From the NCBI GenBank assembly GCA_963663035.1, contig OY760074.1, forward strand, positions 928,001 through 992,000: a stretch of 64,000 nt of DNA. The letters are read 5' to 3'. The translations under genes were made by a program, and so were the position numbers. The first letter of the stretch is position 1. Each line of letters starts with the position of its first letter. Origin of the DNA: Acidobacteriota bacterium. GTDB taxonomy: Bacteria > Acidobacteriota > UBA6911 > RPQK01 > JADFOI01. The notes beneath the pieces were generated by a model. That model did not search any database. It saw only the letters and a program-made list of their open reading frames with translations, and had not been told where the DNA came from. Shown here piece after piece: positions 40,693 through 50,001 of the stretch.

Positions 40693-41820
40693 TTATGTCA
40701 ATGGCTTTTCAGAAAAGGGCCCGCCCAGCCGTGCCCCCAGGAAAACTTGAGAGAGGGCGAAGAGCGCCAAAAAGCCGAGGGTGACCAGGAGATCCACCCA
40801 GCTAAAGGCCAGGCCGTTCTCAGGGGAGGGGACGACCAGCCAAAATCTCTCCAGCCAGATACCCACCACAGTGATCAGCGAGATGACAAAGATGGGCGCT
40901 GGCCGCTTCATGGGGCGAGTGAGCATGGCCGTGAAAGGAATCACAAAACACATGCTCAGGACCATCCAGGCCATCACTCCCCAGCCGCCTGTGGTTCGTA
41001 CCACCAGAAAACCCAGTTCCTCGGGTAGGTTGCCGTACCAGATGATGATGTACTGGGACCACAGCAGGTAGGTCCACAGGAGGGAGAAGCCCAACAGCAG
41101 CTTGCCCAGATCGTGGGCTGCGGCATCACTGAGCCATTCCTCAACACCCGTCCACCTGCGCCACAGAAAACTTGCCGCTGCTATGGCAGCAATCCCCAGG
41201 CACAGGTTTCCCATGAAAAAATAAGCCGGGAAAAGTGTGCTGACCCAGTAGGGATCCAGCGACATGACCAGATCGATCGTCACCAGACTGAAGACCAGTG
41301 CGTAAAGCACAATGGTCAAGACGGCCAGAGCAGACAGGGTGGCGGAGCTGGGAGATTCCTCCCTCCGGCTTTGCCGGGAGGCCAAAAGAAACTTGCCGCC
41401 CACTCCATAGAGCAGGACCAGAGCAATCCCATCCCGCAGTCCCAAAAAGGGAAGGCTGAACCAACCCGCTCGGGCCGCCGGTGGATCAGTGATCCAGGGA
41501 TAGAGAGATCCGGCTCCCGCCAGCACCAGCAGCAAATAGAGGAGCAGGGAGAGGGGGAGAAAGCAAGCAAAGCTTTCGGCAACCGTTCGTACCTGCCGAG
41601 CAGCCCAGCGTGCATTGGTGAGCTGGAAAATGGCCGAGAAAACGACACCCGAGATGGAGATTCCCGACCAGAACAAAAAATTAACCAGGAAGACCTTCCA
41701 GGTCTGGGTGGGACGCTCCACCACCCCGAAAGCAAAGGCCAGGGCCCCGACCACAGCCGCCCCCAGCAGCAGAGCTGTGGTTCTGTTGAGTTTGTTGAGG
41801 TTGGATGCAGCGTCTGTCAT
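40693..41820 (-). CDS. actF: Alternative complex III membrane subunit ActF
   Basis: About ten TM helices; MSLDPYWVSTLF, HDLGKLL, SQYIIIWYGNLPEE. Confidence 0.88.
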   Translation of the reverse strand: MTDAASNLNKLNRTTALLLGAAVVGALAFAFGVVERPTQTWKVFLVNFLFWSGISISGVVFSAIFQLTNARWAARQVRTVAESFACFLPLSLLLYLLLVLAGAGSLYPWITDPPAARAGWFSLPFLGLRDGIALVLLYGVGGKFLLASRQSRREESPSSATLSALAVLTIVLYALVFSLVTIDLVMSLDPYWVSTLFPAYFFMGNLCLGIAAIAAASFLWRRWTGVEEWLSDAAAHDLGKLLLGFSLLWTYLLWSQYIIIWYGNLPEELGFLVVRTTGGWGVMAWMVLSMCFVIPFTAMLTRPMKRPAPIFVISLITVVGIWLERFWLVVPSPENGLAFSWVDLLVTLGFLALFALSQVFLGARLGGPFSEKPLT

Positions 41821-42317
41821 GGGGCGGACTGCTCGAGAGTTCTCAAATAGGTGACGATTTGCCAGACTTGATCCGAAGTCAGGTCGGCGCCATAGCGCGG
41901 CATTAGTCTGACGCCGTTGCGAATGGTGCCATAGAACCAGCCGTCGGTATTTCCCTGCACAAAGGGGTTGGCCAGATCAGCGGGTGGAATGAACACTGCC
42001 GCAACCGGACCGTCACCCTTGCCCGTCTCCCCGTGACAGGGCATGCAGTAGCTGGCGAAGAGGGACTGTCCTTTTTCCACGTTGGATTCGCTTTGGGGCA
42101 GCGGGTTGCTGGGGTAAAGTTCCTCGAATTGGGAGCGGTCCCAGGAAAAGGCTCCGTTGACCGGAAGCGTCCCCTCCACAGGAGCCCGAGGGCCATGGTA
42201 AGGGGCCGGTGCCGGCTGTTGGACCATGTCCCTGTTCCAGGGCCAGCCGGTGGCATAAAGGGTGATCAGGACCGCAATGAGGGCCGCCAGAAGCGTCTTT
42301 TTTATCGTATTTCCCAT
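41817..42317 (-). CDS. actE: Monoheme cytochrome c ActE
   Basis: CMPCH, GKGDG, TIRNG..LMPRYG, WQIVTYLR. Confidence 0.88.
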   Translation of the reverse strand: MGNTIKKTLLAALIAVLITLYATGWPWNRDMVQQPAPAPYHGPRAPVEGTLPVNGAFSWDRSQFEELYPSNPLPQSESNVEKGQSLFASYCMPCHGETGKGDGPVAAVFIPPADLANPFVQGNTDGWFYGTIRNGVRLMPRYGADLTSDQVWQIVTYLRTLEQSAP

Positions 42318-42802
42318 TCCATGGCTCCCTTCTCTTTGAGAAACTCCATGACTTGCTCGGTCTCATCGGAGGGACACTCGATCCAGAGACCGAAATGGCC
42401 TTGACTGAAGCGAGGATCGTAAGGCACAGGTTTGCGGTAGCGCCCCCAGGCAGACCAGTAGAGAAATCCGCTCACCGTTCCCAGCGCACCCAGGAGAATC
42501 GTCAGTTCAAAGGCGATAATCAAAAATGGAGGAATCGAGATGAGTGGTTTGCCTCCCGTGATGAGCAGTGGCCACTGGGCGGTGGTCCAGATGGTGAGTG
42601 CCAGCCCGCCTATCCCACCGGTTACACCTCCCAACAGCGTCAGCCAGCGCACCGGGCTTTTTCCCGGCGCCGCGACTTCGATCAACTCCTCGTCAGGAGT
42701 GGGAGAAAAGGCCTCCAGTTCACCCAGATTCTTTGCCCTGGCCTCCCTCAGTGCCTTCAGGAGATCCTCCCTCTGTTCAAAGATGCCCAGAACTCCACTC
42801 AT
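42302..42802 (-). CDS. actD: ActD (DUF3341)
   Basis: EAFSP, GGKPLISIPPFLIIAFELTIL, YDPRFSQGHF. Confidence 0.9.
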   Translation of the reverse strand: MSGVLGIFEQREDLLKALREARAKNLGELEAFSPTPDEELIEVAAPGKSPVRWLTLLGGVTGGIGGLALTIWTTAQWPLLITGGKPLISIPPFLIIAFELTILLGALGTVSGFLYWSAWGRYRKPVPYDPRFSQGHFGLWIECPSDETEQVMEFLKEKGAMEWEIR

Positions 42803-44172
42803 TTGTGGCCCTCACTGGGAAGTCCATGCAGCATGCTTTCCTTGACTTCGGCTATGGGAATGGCGGGAAGGTGTCGGACGAAAAGAAGGAACCAGAGCCC
42901 AAACCAGGCAAAGCTGCCCGCCAGAATGCTCCACTCCACCCAGCTGGGACCGTAATCTGCCCAGGCCGTGACATTGTATTCTCGTGCCAGCGAACCGGCG
43001 ATGATGACGAAGCGCTCAGTCCACATTCCCACATTGATCAGGATCGAGATGGTAAACAGAAGCGCCGTGTTGCGGCGAGCTGAGGGGATGAAAAAGACCA
43101 GGGGAAGCAGGGAATTGCACAGCACCATGAGCCAGAACAGGGGAGCGTAATCGCCTACGGCTCGCGACATAAAGACGGTCTGTTCATAAGGATTTTCGCT
43201 ATACCAGGCAAAGAAGAATTCCATCAGGTAGGCATAGGAGACGATGAGTGAGGAGACGATAATCAGCTTGGCCAGGTTCTCCAGATGGCGAGGCGTGACA
43301 TAGTCCTCCAGATGCAAAATCTTCCGTGCCGGGATGATCAGCGTCAGGACCATGGCCAAGCCTGAGAAGATGGCGCCAGCAACAAAATAGGGGGCAAAGA
43401 TGGTGCTGTGCCAGCCGGGAACAATGGCTACGGCAAAGTCCCAGGACACCACACTGTGAACCGAGATGACCAGTGGCGTGGCCAGCGCGGCCATCAAAAG
43501 ATAAGCGCTGTTAAAGTGTTTCCACTCTCTGGCACTGCCCGACCACCCCAGACAGAAGATACTGAAAATACGTCGCTTCCAGCCCCGTGCATTGTCGCGC
43601 AGGACGGCCAGATCGGGAACCAGGCCCAGGTAAAAGAACAGGACACTGACAGTGAGGTAGGTGCTCACGGCAAACACATCCCACAGAAGGGGTGAGCGAA
43701 AGTTGACCCAGAGGCCGCGCTGGTTGGGGTAGGGAAGCAGCCAGTAGAATAACCAGGGGCGTCCCAGGTGGATAATGGGAAACAAGCCTGCCGTCATGAC
43801 GGCAAAGACCGTCATGGCTTCTGCAAAACGGGAGATGGATGCCCGCCAGCGGGCTCTAAAGAGAAAGAGAATGGCAGAGATCAGGGTTCCCGAGTGAGCG
43901 ATACCCACCCAGAAAACAAAGGTGGTGATGTAGGTCCCCCACATGACCGGGTGGCGCAGACCTGTCACGCCCAGGCCGCTGGAAACTTGCGTGGTCCAGG
44001 CCCAGAAACCCCATCCTATCCCCACAAGGCAGAGGAGCAGCGCAGCGAAATAAAGCCCTCCAGGGTGGAGTGTTCCCAGGATGTCGGAATTGACACGACC
44101 CAAGCTGTCTGGTGAGGGATCCGAAAGCGAGGGCTGATGTGAGGAATGGGGTGATGACATGAGGTCCTTCAC
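42799..44172 (-). CDS. actC: NrfD-family quinol-binding subunit ActC
   Basis: FVFWVGIAHSGTLISAIL, HLGRPW, NFRSPLLWDVFAV, SVHSVVSWDFA. Confidence 0.94.
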   Translation of the reverse strand: MKDLMSSPHSSHQPSLSDPSPDSLGRVNSDILGTLHPGGLYFAALLLCLVGIGWGFWAWTTQVSSGLGVTGLRHPVMWGTYITTFVFWVGIAHSGTLISAILFLFRARWRASISRFAEAMTVFAVMTAGLFPIIHLGRPWLFYWLLPYPNQRGLWVNFRSPLLWDVFAVSTYLTVSVLFFYLGLVPDLAVLRDNARGWKRRIFSIFCLGWSGSAREWKHFNSAYLLMAALATPLVISVHSVVSWDFAVAIVPGWHSTIFAPYFVAGAIFSGLAMVLTLIIPARKILHLEDYVTPRHLENLAKLIIVSSLIVSYAYLMEFFFAWYSENPYEQTVFMSRAVGDYAPLFWLMVLCNSLLPLVFFIPSARRNTALLFTISILINVGMWTERFVIIAGSLAREYNVTAWADYGPSWVEWSILAGSFAWFGLWFLLFVRHLPAIPIAEVKESMLHGLPSEGHK

Positions 44173-47100
44173 TACTCCTCGGTAAACGGCCTCTCAGGCA
44201 CCAGTTTCTTCAAATAGGTGACGGCCGGACGAGTGTTCAACCCCTCCAGCAGGTGATAGCCGCGGGGATCATCCACCCGTTGTGACAGGCGGCTCTCGGG
44301 GTCCTTCAGGTCCCCAAAGAGGATGGCCTCGGCCGGACAAGTCTGCGCACAGGCCGGGGTAATGTCTCCATCTCTGAGTTCCCGCTCTTCTCGACGGGCC
44401 CGGTTTTTCCCCACCTGGATGCGCTGAACGCAGAAGGTACACTTTTCCATCACACCGGCTGTGCGAACCGTGACATCGGGGTTGAGCTGCAGCTCCAAAG
44501 GCTCATCGAACTCATAGCTGCTCCAGTTGAAGCGACGCACTTTGTAGGGACAGTTATTGGAGCAGTAACGGGTTCCCACGCAGCGGGCGTAAACTTGAGC
44601 ATTTAACCCCTCGGGGTTGTGATAGGTGGCAAAAACGGGACAGACCGGTTCGCAGGGCGCGTTGTGGCAGTGCTGGCAAAGCGTGGGCAGCGAAGTCACC
44701 TGCGGCTGGACAGCGTCTGCCCCCGACAGGATGTTCTCCTGGGACGGATGCCTCTCAATGCGCAGCCAGGCCATCTCCCGTCCCTGGGCGCACCCCTGCT
44801 TGCCCACAATGGGGACGTTGTTCTCGGCATAGCAGGCCGCCACGCAGGCGTTGCAGCCCGTACAGGCGTCCAGGTCAATGGCCATGCCCCACTGGTGATC
44901 GGGGTGATCATGGGGGGGATAGAAATCGATCGGTTCATGGGCGGCCGAGGGTGAGTCAGAAGCCCCCAGCTCGCCGGGGCGGATGGTTTCAGCAAAAGCT
45001 TCATCCGGCTGGACTTGCAGCCTGATCAAAGAATCTCTGGGGTGGTCCTGGGGCCGTGCCTGCAGGGAAACCAGCTCATGTTTTTGTCCCGTCTTGGCCA
45101 GGCTGACCCGAAGGGAACGCCAAAGAACGGAGCCCGATTCGGGTTCAGCCTCAGGGGAGAGGAGCCGCATGGGATTGTCTCCTCTTCCGGAGGCATAGCG
45201 CAGATCCCCCGAGCGGCCCTGTCCCAGTGACATGGCCACCGTATCGGGTTGCAGGCCGGCAAAGAGATGGACAGCCACCGTCAGGCTGCCGTGAGGAGAG
45301 GTCACCGTGACCACATCTCCCTCCTCCAGACCCATCGGCAAGGCGGTTTCAGGATGAATCTCCAGCCAACCATCCCAGACCAGGTGGGTGACCGGATCGG
45401 GTATCTCCTGAAGCCATGGATTGTTGGCGCTGCGGCCGTCAAAAAGAGAAGTGGAAGGGTAGACTATGAGAGCAAGACCCCCACTGGGGCCTTCCAGGGT
45501 CTCTGGCTGAAAGCGGATCTGGCTGGAAAAATCCCGTAAAGTGGCCGTGACCGGCTCAACTTCCGAGAAGTGTCCGCCCTCTCTTAAGACATCGGGCCAG
45601 AACTCCTCCCAGGAGCGCCCTGCTGCCACCTGAGGCTGCACCGTGGACTCCCAATAGGCGTGAAGCCACTCGGAATAGTTGGAGTGCTCGAACTGGGGGG
45701 CCATCTCCTCAATCTTCTGAGCTGCGCTGAGCAGGACATCGCCGCTGGCCTTGCTGTCAAAGATCGGCTGCATGGCGGGTTGCTGAATCGTTAAAACTCC
45801 CGCTCGCGGAGTGAAGTCGCCCCAGCTCTCCAGAGAGTGATGATCGGGCAGAATGAGATCTGCCCGGGCTGTCGTTTCATCGGGAAGAGTGGAGAAACTG
45901 ACCACCAGGGGAACCTTCTCCAGGGCCTCGGCAAAGCCGCAGGCCTGGGGCAGCGTGAAAACGGGATTGGACTGGTGCACAAAAAGGACGTCGATCCTTC
46001 CCTGGTTCATGTCCTCGATGAGATCGAGGATTTCCTGATAGGTTGCCAGCTGATCGAAGGCTGAGGGAATTCCCAGGGTGAGTGTCTTTCCCAGGTTGCC
46101 TGCCAGGGCGTTGAGCAGCAGGACAGCCAGCTCCAGAGACACGGCCTCTTTTCCTGCGGCGCTCACTCCCCCGCCCAGGGCCAGGGAGGGCGAATCCCGG
46201 CAGAAACGCCGTGCCAGTTCCTGAACCGTCGAGACCTCCACGCCCGTGTCTGGCTGGGTCGCTTCCGGTGAGAACGGTGCAACCAACGACTCGATCCACC
46301 CCAGCTGTGACCCCATCTCGGGTGCGGATAGACCCTGATCCAGGATGGAGTGAATCAGGGAGAGGGCCAGCTGGACTTCAGTGCCGGCAGGGACGGGAAT
46401 CCACCAGTCGGCGTTGGAAGCGGTGAGTGAAAGTCGGGGAGCGATGTGAACGAAGTTGTCGGGACGTTCGCTGGGCCGGTTCTTACGCATCTGGCTAAAG
46501 TCGCCCGTCAACTCGACATTGGAGCGCCAGGTCTCCAGGAAGTCTGCCCCAAAGGAGAGCAGAAATTGGGCCTGGTCCAGATGATAGCTGGGAAGCTCGG
46601 AGCGATCGAAGGCGATTTGGACGGCCCGCCGCAGCGGCTCATATTGGAAGGTCTCATAGAAGAGAATGCGCTCGGAACCCAGGGCCTGCAGCCACTGGCG
46701 CGTCAGCTGTTCCATGGACCCGGTCAGGAGTTGGCCCATCCAGGCCACTCGCTGCTGGCTGCCGCTGGCCATGATCGGGCTGAGGTGGGAGATGAGCAGC
46801 TCTTCGGCCTGCTCCCAGTCAGTGGAGCGCAGCTCTCCGCTGTCGTCACGAAGGAGGGGGCCCCGAAAGCGGTCCGGATTGTAAAGAGACTGAACCGATG
46901 CCTGTCCCCGAATACAGAGCCGTCCCTTTCCCACGGGATGGCGGGGGTTGCCCTCGGCCTTGATCACGCGGCCCTCCCGAGTCTTGGCCAGCATGCCGCA
47001 TCCGGCCGGGCACTCGCGGCACTGGGTTGTGTAGTAGGCTGCCACACCGGGGACGATGTTGTCCGGAGAGACCAGGTAAGGCACCAGCTGTTCGGTCGGT

Positions 47101-47174
47101 GGGGAGCAGGCGTCCACCAGGGCGGCCGATCCACTGACTCCCACCACCTTCAGAAAATCTCGTCTCTTGATCAT
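44172..47174 (-). CDS. actB: ActB (molybdopterin-oxidoreductase-like domain fused to an Fe-S domain)
   Basis: Tat motif KRRDFLK; KAEGNPRHP; CTGCNAC, CQHCHNAPCEPVC, CVGTRYCSNNC, EKCTFC. Confidence 0.92.
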   Translation of the reverse strand: MIKRRDFLKVVGVSGSAALVDACSPPTEQLVPYLVSPDNIVPGVAAYYTTQCRECPAGCGMLAKTREGRVIKAEGNPRHPVGKGRLCIRGQASVQSLYNPDRFRGPLLRDDSGELRSTDWEQAEELLISHLSPIMASGSQQRVAWMGQLLTGSMEQLTRQWLQALGSERILFYETFQYEPLRRAVQIAFDRSELPSYHLDQAQFLLSFGADFLETWRSNVELTGDFSQMRKNRPSERPDNFVHIAPRLSLTASNADWWIPVPAGTEVQLALSLIHSILDQGLSAPEMGSQLGWIESLVAPFSPEATQPDTGVEVSTVQELARRFCRDSPSLALGGGVSAAGKEAVSLELAVLLLNALAGNLGKTLTLGIPSAFDQLATYQEILDLIEDMNQGRIDVLFVHQSNPVFTLPQACGFAEALEKVPLVVSFSTLPDETTARADLILPDHHSLESWGDFTPRAGVLTIQQPAMQPIFDSKASGDVLLSAAQKIEEMAPQFEHSNYSEWLHAYWESTVQPQVAAGRSWEEFWPDVLREGGHFSEVEPVTATLRDFSSQIRFQPETLEGPSGGLALIVYPSTSLFDGRSANNPWLQEIPDPVTHLVWDGWLEIHPETALPMGLEEGDVVTVTSPHGSLTVAVHLFAGLQPDTVAMSLGQGRSGDLRYASGRGDNPMRLLSPEAEPESGSVLWRSLRVSLAKTGQKHELVSLQARPQDHPRDSLIRLQVQPDEAFAETIRPGELGASDSPSAAHEPIDFYPPHDHPDHQWGMAIDLDACTGCNACVAACYAENNVPIVGKQGCAQGREMAWLRIERHPSQENILSGADAVQPQVTSLPTLCQHCHNAPCEPVCPVFATYHNPEGLNAQVYARCVGTRYCSNNCPYKVRRFNWSSYEFDEPLELQLNPDVTVRTAGVMEKCTFCVQRIQVGKNRARREERELRDGDITPACAQTCPAEAILFGDLKDPESRLSQRVDDPRGYHLLEGLNTRPAVTYLKKLVPERPFTEE

Positions 47175-47197
47175 ACCTGTGGTCTCAAATTCCGCTA

Positions 47198-47373
47198 GCC
47201 CGGATTATGCATAGGTTCTTGTCACGAAGCGACGAAAGCGCCGGCCTGACAAGGCGCGCGACGGAGGCCCCCGCAAACGTACTCTTGAGTACGTCGAGGA
47301 GGCTGACCGAGCGCAACGCTGGCAGGGCGGATGATCTCGTAGCTGCAGTAGAGAATTTATGCATAATACGGGC
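47198..47373. mobile_element. MITE related to family A (176 bp, TA duplication)
   Basis: TIRs GCCCGGATTATGCATA / TATGCATAATACGGGC; TA 47196-47197 and 47374-47375; shares CCGGCCTGACAAGGCGCG and CCCGCAAACGTACTCTTGAGTACGT with 31973-32178. Confidence 0.87.
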
Positions 47374-47879
47374 TAATAATGGCAGCTGAGGCAATCCACT
47401 GATGCCTCCTGGCTGCGATGACAGTCCAGGCACCATCCCATTTCCAGATTCCTGTCGCGGGTGACTTTGGACATCGATTCTATGGCTCCGTGGCACTCCT
47501 GACACTGGACCTGTGCCCGCAGGTGGGCTTCATGATTGAAGTGTACGAAACGGGGCAGGGCGAAAACCTTCACCCAGGGGACAGGCTGGCCGTTTTGCCA
47601 GTAAGTGCGCAGCTTCTCAATTTCCGGACTCTCTCTGGCCACGATTAGGTGGCATCCCATACAACGCTCCACGGAGGGCACTCCGGCGAAAGGGGAGCGG
47701 TCGGCATAGGTGTGACAGTAGAGGCACTGGATCTGGTAGTCGCCGGCGTGAACCTGATGGTCAAAGGCGATGGGTTGATCGGGTGAATATTGCGGCTCTG
47801 CCTGAACCAGCCAAACTGCCGCTACCAGCAGGCTCAACAGCAAGACACCCAGGGCTGCCGTCCAAAGGTGTCTTCCCAT
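47373..47879 (-). CDS. actA: Pentaheme cytochrome c ActA
   Basis: N-terminal TM; QPIAFDH; CLYCH, CMGCH, CQECH, CLDCH, CLSCH. Confidence 0.92.
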   Translation of the reverse strand: MGRHLWTAALGVLLLSLLVAAVWLVQAEPQYSPDQPIAFDHQVHAGDYQIQCLYCHTYADRSPFAGVPSVERCMGCHLIVARESPEIEKLRTYWQNGQPVPWVKVFALPRFVHFNHEAHLRAQVQCQECHGAIESMSKVTRDRNLEMGWCLDCHRSQEASVDCLSCHY

Positions 47880-48003
47880 AGCAAAGGTCCTCTCCCTGAG
47901 CGACAAGTCTTTAGTTATTGAAGATTATTGTCAAGGAACGGCGGTAGGATCTCCTACAACTTCTCTCCACTGGGTTATACTCTTCCAGACTGAAGCTCTG
48001 AAT

Positions 48004-50001
48004 ATGACAGCAAAGAAAGCGGAAAACATAGTGACCGGGCGCTTTGTCGCCCATCCGGATGGCTACGGCTTTGTCATCGCCGAAGATCCGCCACGTGAGC
48101 AGGATGTTTTCATCCCTCCCACCAAAACGGGGACGGCCATTGACGGGGACACGGTTCGTGTTCGTCTGGTTCCATCCAGCCGCCCTCGAAGAAAAAAGGG
48201 GGAGAGTTCTTCGGAAGGAGAGGTTTTTGCCATTGTGTCGCGGGCTCGAGAGGCCATCGTGGGAAAGCTCTTTCGCCAGCGTAAGGACATCTTCGTTACA
48301 CCCCTGGACGAGCGCTACCGCTATACGGTCCGTTTGGTGGATGAGCAAGCAAAGAAAGTTGCTGATGGAAAGATTGTGGCCGTCGCCATCGTGGCACAGC
48401 CCGGGCCGGACCAGCTTCCCCTGGGAAAGATCAGTGAGGTGCTGGGGGATCCTGATGATCCGGGGATCCAGTACAAGATTGTCTGCCATTCCCATGAAAT
48501 CCCTCTGAAGTTTCCCGCAAAAGTTTTACAGGAAGCGGAGGGAGCCCAGGAGCCGAATCCAGAAGAGATCAAGAAGAGAGTGGATTTTCGAAAACTGCCC
48601 ACCGTGACCATCGACGGCGAGACGGCACGTGATTTCGATGACGCTATCAGTATCGAGAAACTTGAAAACGGCCATTTTCTGCTGTGGGTTCATATCGCCG
48701 ATGTGTCCCACTATATACACACCGGCAGCGAACTGGATCGAGAGGCCTTGCTGCGTGGTACCTCGGTTTACTTTCCGGATCGGGCCATACCCATGCTTCC
48801 CGAGAAACTGTCCAACCAGCTGTGCAGCCTCAATCCCGGGGTTGACCGGCTCACCCTCTCCGCGGTGATGGAGGTCGATGAGAAAGGGAAAGTCTGCCAC
48901 CGGGAATTCTGCCGGTCGGTGATCCGCAGCAACGAGCGGATGACCTATACGGACGTCAGCAAGATCCTCATCGATCAGGATGAGACATTGAAAGGTCGCT
49001 ATCACGATCTTCTGGAAGGCTTTGGTTGGATGCTGGAGCTGTTCAAGATCCTCAGGGCGATGAGGGTGAGGAGGGGATCGCTCGATTTTGATCTTCCCGA
49101 GGCGGAGATTAAGTTTGATGACAATGGGGAAATTCTCGATATTGTCCGTTCAGAGCGGAACGAGGCCCATCGGATCATCGAAGAATTCATGCTGCTGGCC
49201 AACGAAACGGTTGCCCACCATCTGACTAAGCTTGAAATTCCTTTGATTTACCGGATCCATGAAGATCCCGATCCAACCAAGGTCGAGGCCTTCCTCGAGC
49301 TTGCCGTCCAGTTCGGGTATTCGTTGAAGCAAGATCGAGACGGTCGCTACCCCGTTCGAGCCTTTCAAAAGCTCACCCGCCAGCTCAGTGGCAAACCGGA
49401 GGCCCAGTTTCTTTCCTATTTAATGCTTCGCTCCTTTCAGCAAGCCCAGTATTCGGAAGTGAATCAGGGGCATTTCGGTCTGGCCGCTGCCCGTTACTGT
49501 CACTTCACCTCCCCGATTCGGCGCTATCCCGATCTCATCGTGCACCGCCTTTTGAAAATGGTCATCGCCCAACGGACTTCCAGCCGCAGTGCGGAGCAAC
49601 TCTACGGCCGCCTCCATGACATTGCCGGCCGTTCTTCGGCAAGAGAACGGAAGGCGGTTGAAGCGGAGCGGGAGATCATGCGCTGGTTAATGGCCAAATT
49701 CATGGCCGATCGGTTGGGAGAGGAATTCGATGCCTTTATCATCGGAGTGAAACGCAATGGCTTCTTCGTCGAACTGCTCCAGCATTTTGTGGAAGGCTTT
49801 GTTTCTGCAGAGACGATCTGGGATGACTTCTATGTCCTCAATGAACGCCACCACTGTCTGGTCGGGGAGAATACCAAGAAAGTCTACCGGATTGGCGACC
49901 GGCTGAGGGTCCGGCTGGATAAGGTGAGTCTCCACCGGCACCTGATCGACTTCTCGCCGGTTATTGCCGGGACGCCAAAGCAGCGAAAGCGGAAACGATG
50001 A
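48004..50001 (+). CDS. rnr: Ribonuclease R
   Basis: GYGFV CSD, TIDGETARDFDDAIS, IEEFMLLAN, HFTSPIRRYPDL, C-terminal S1. Confidence 0.95.
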   Translation: MTAKKAENIVTGRFVAHPDGYGFVIAEDPPREQDVFIPPTKTGTAIDGDTVRVRLVPSSRPRRKKGESSSEGEVFAIVSRAREAIVGKLFRQRKDIFVTPLDERYRYTVRLVDEQAKKVADGKIVAVAIVAQPGPDQLPLGKISEVLGDPDDPGIQYKIVCHSHEIPLKFPAKVLQEAEGAQEPNPEEIKKRVDFRKLPTVTIDGETARDFDDAISIEKLENGHFLLWVHIADVSHYIHTGSELDREALLRGTSVYFPDRAIPMLPEKLSNQLCSLNPGVDRLTLSAVMEVDEKGKVCHREFCRSVIRSNERMTYTDVSKILIDQDETLKGRYHDLLEGFGWMLELFKILRAMRVRRGSLDFDLPEAEIKFDDNGEILDIVRSERNEAHRIIEEFMLLANETVAHHLTKLEIPLIYRIHEDPDPTKVEAFLELAVQFGYSLKQDRDGRYPVRAFQKLTRQLSGKPEAQFLSYLMLRSFQQAQYSEVNQGHFGLAAARYCHFTSPIRRYPDLIVHRLLKMVIAQRTSSRSAEQLYGRLHDIAGRSSARERKAVEAEREIMRWLMAKFMADRLGEEFDAFIIGVKRNGFFVELLQHFVEGFVSAETIWDDFYVLNERHHCLVGENTKKVYRIGDRLRVRLDKVSLHRHLIDFSPVIAGTPKQRKRKR

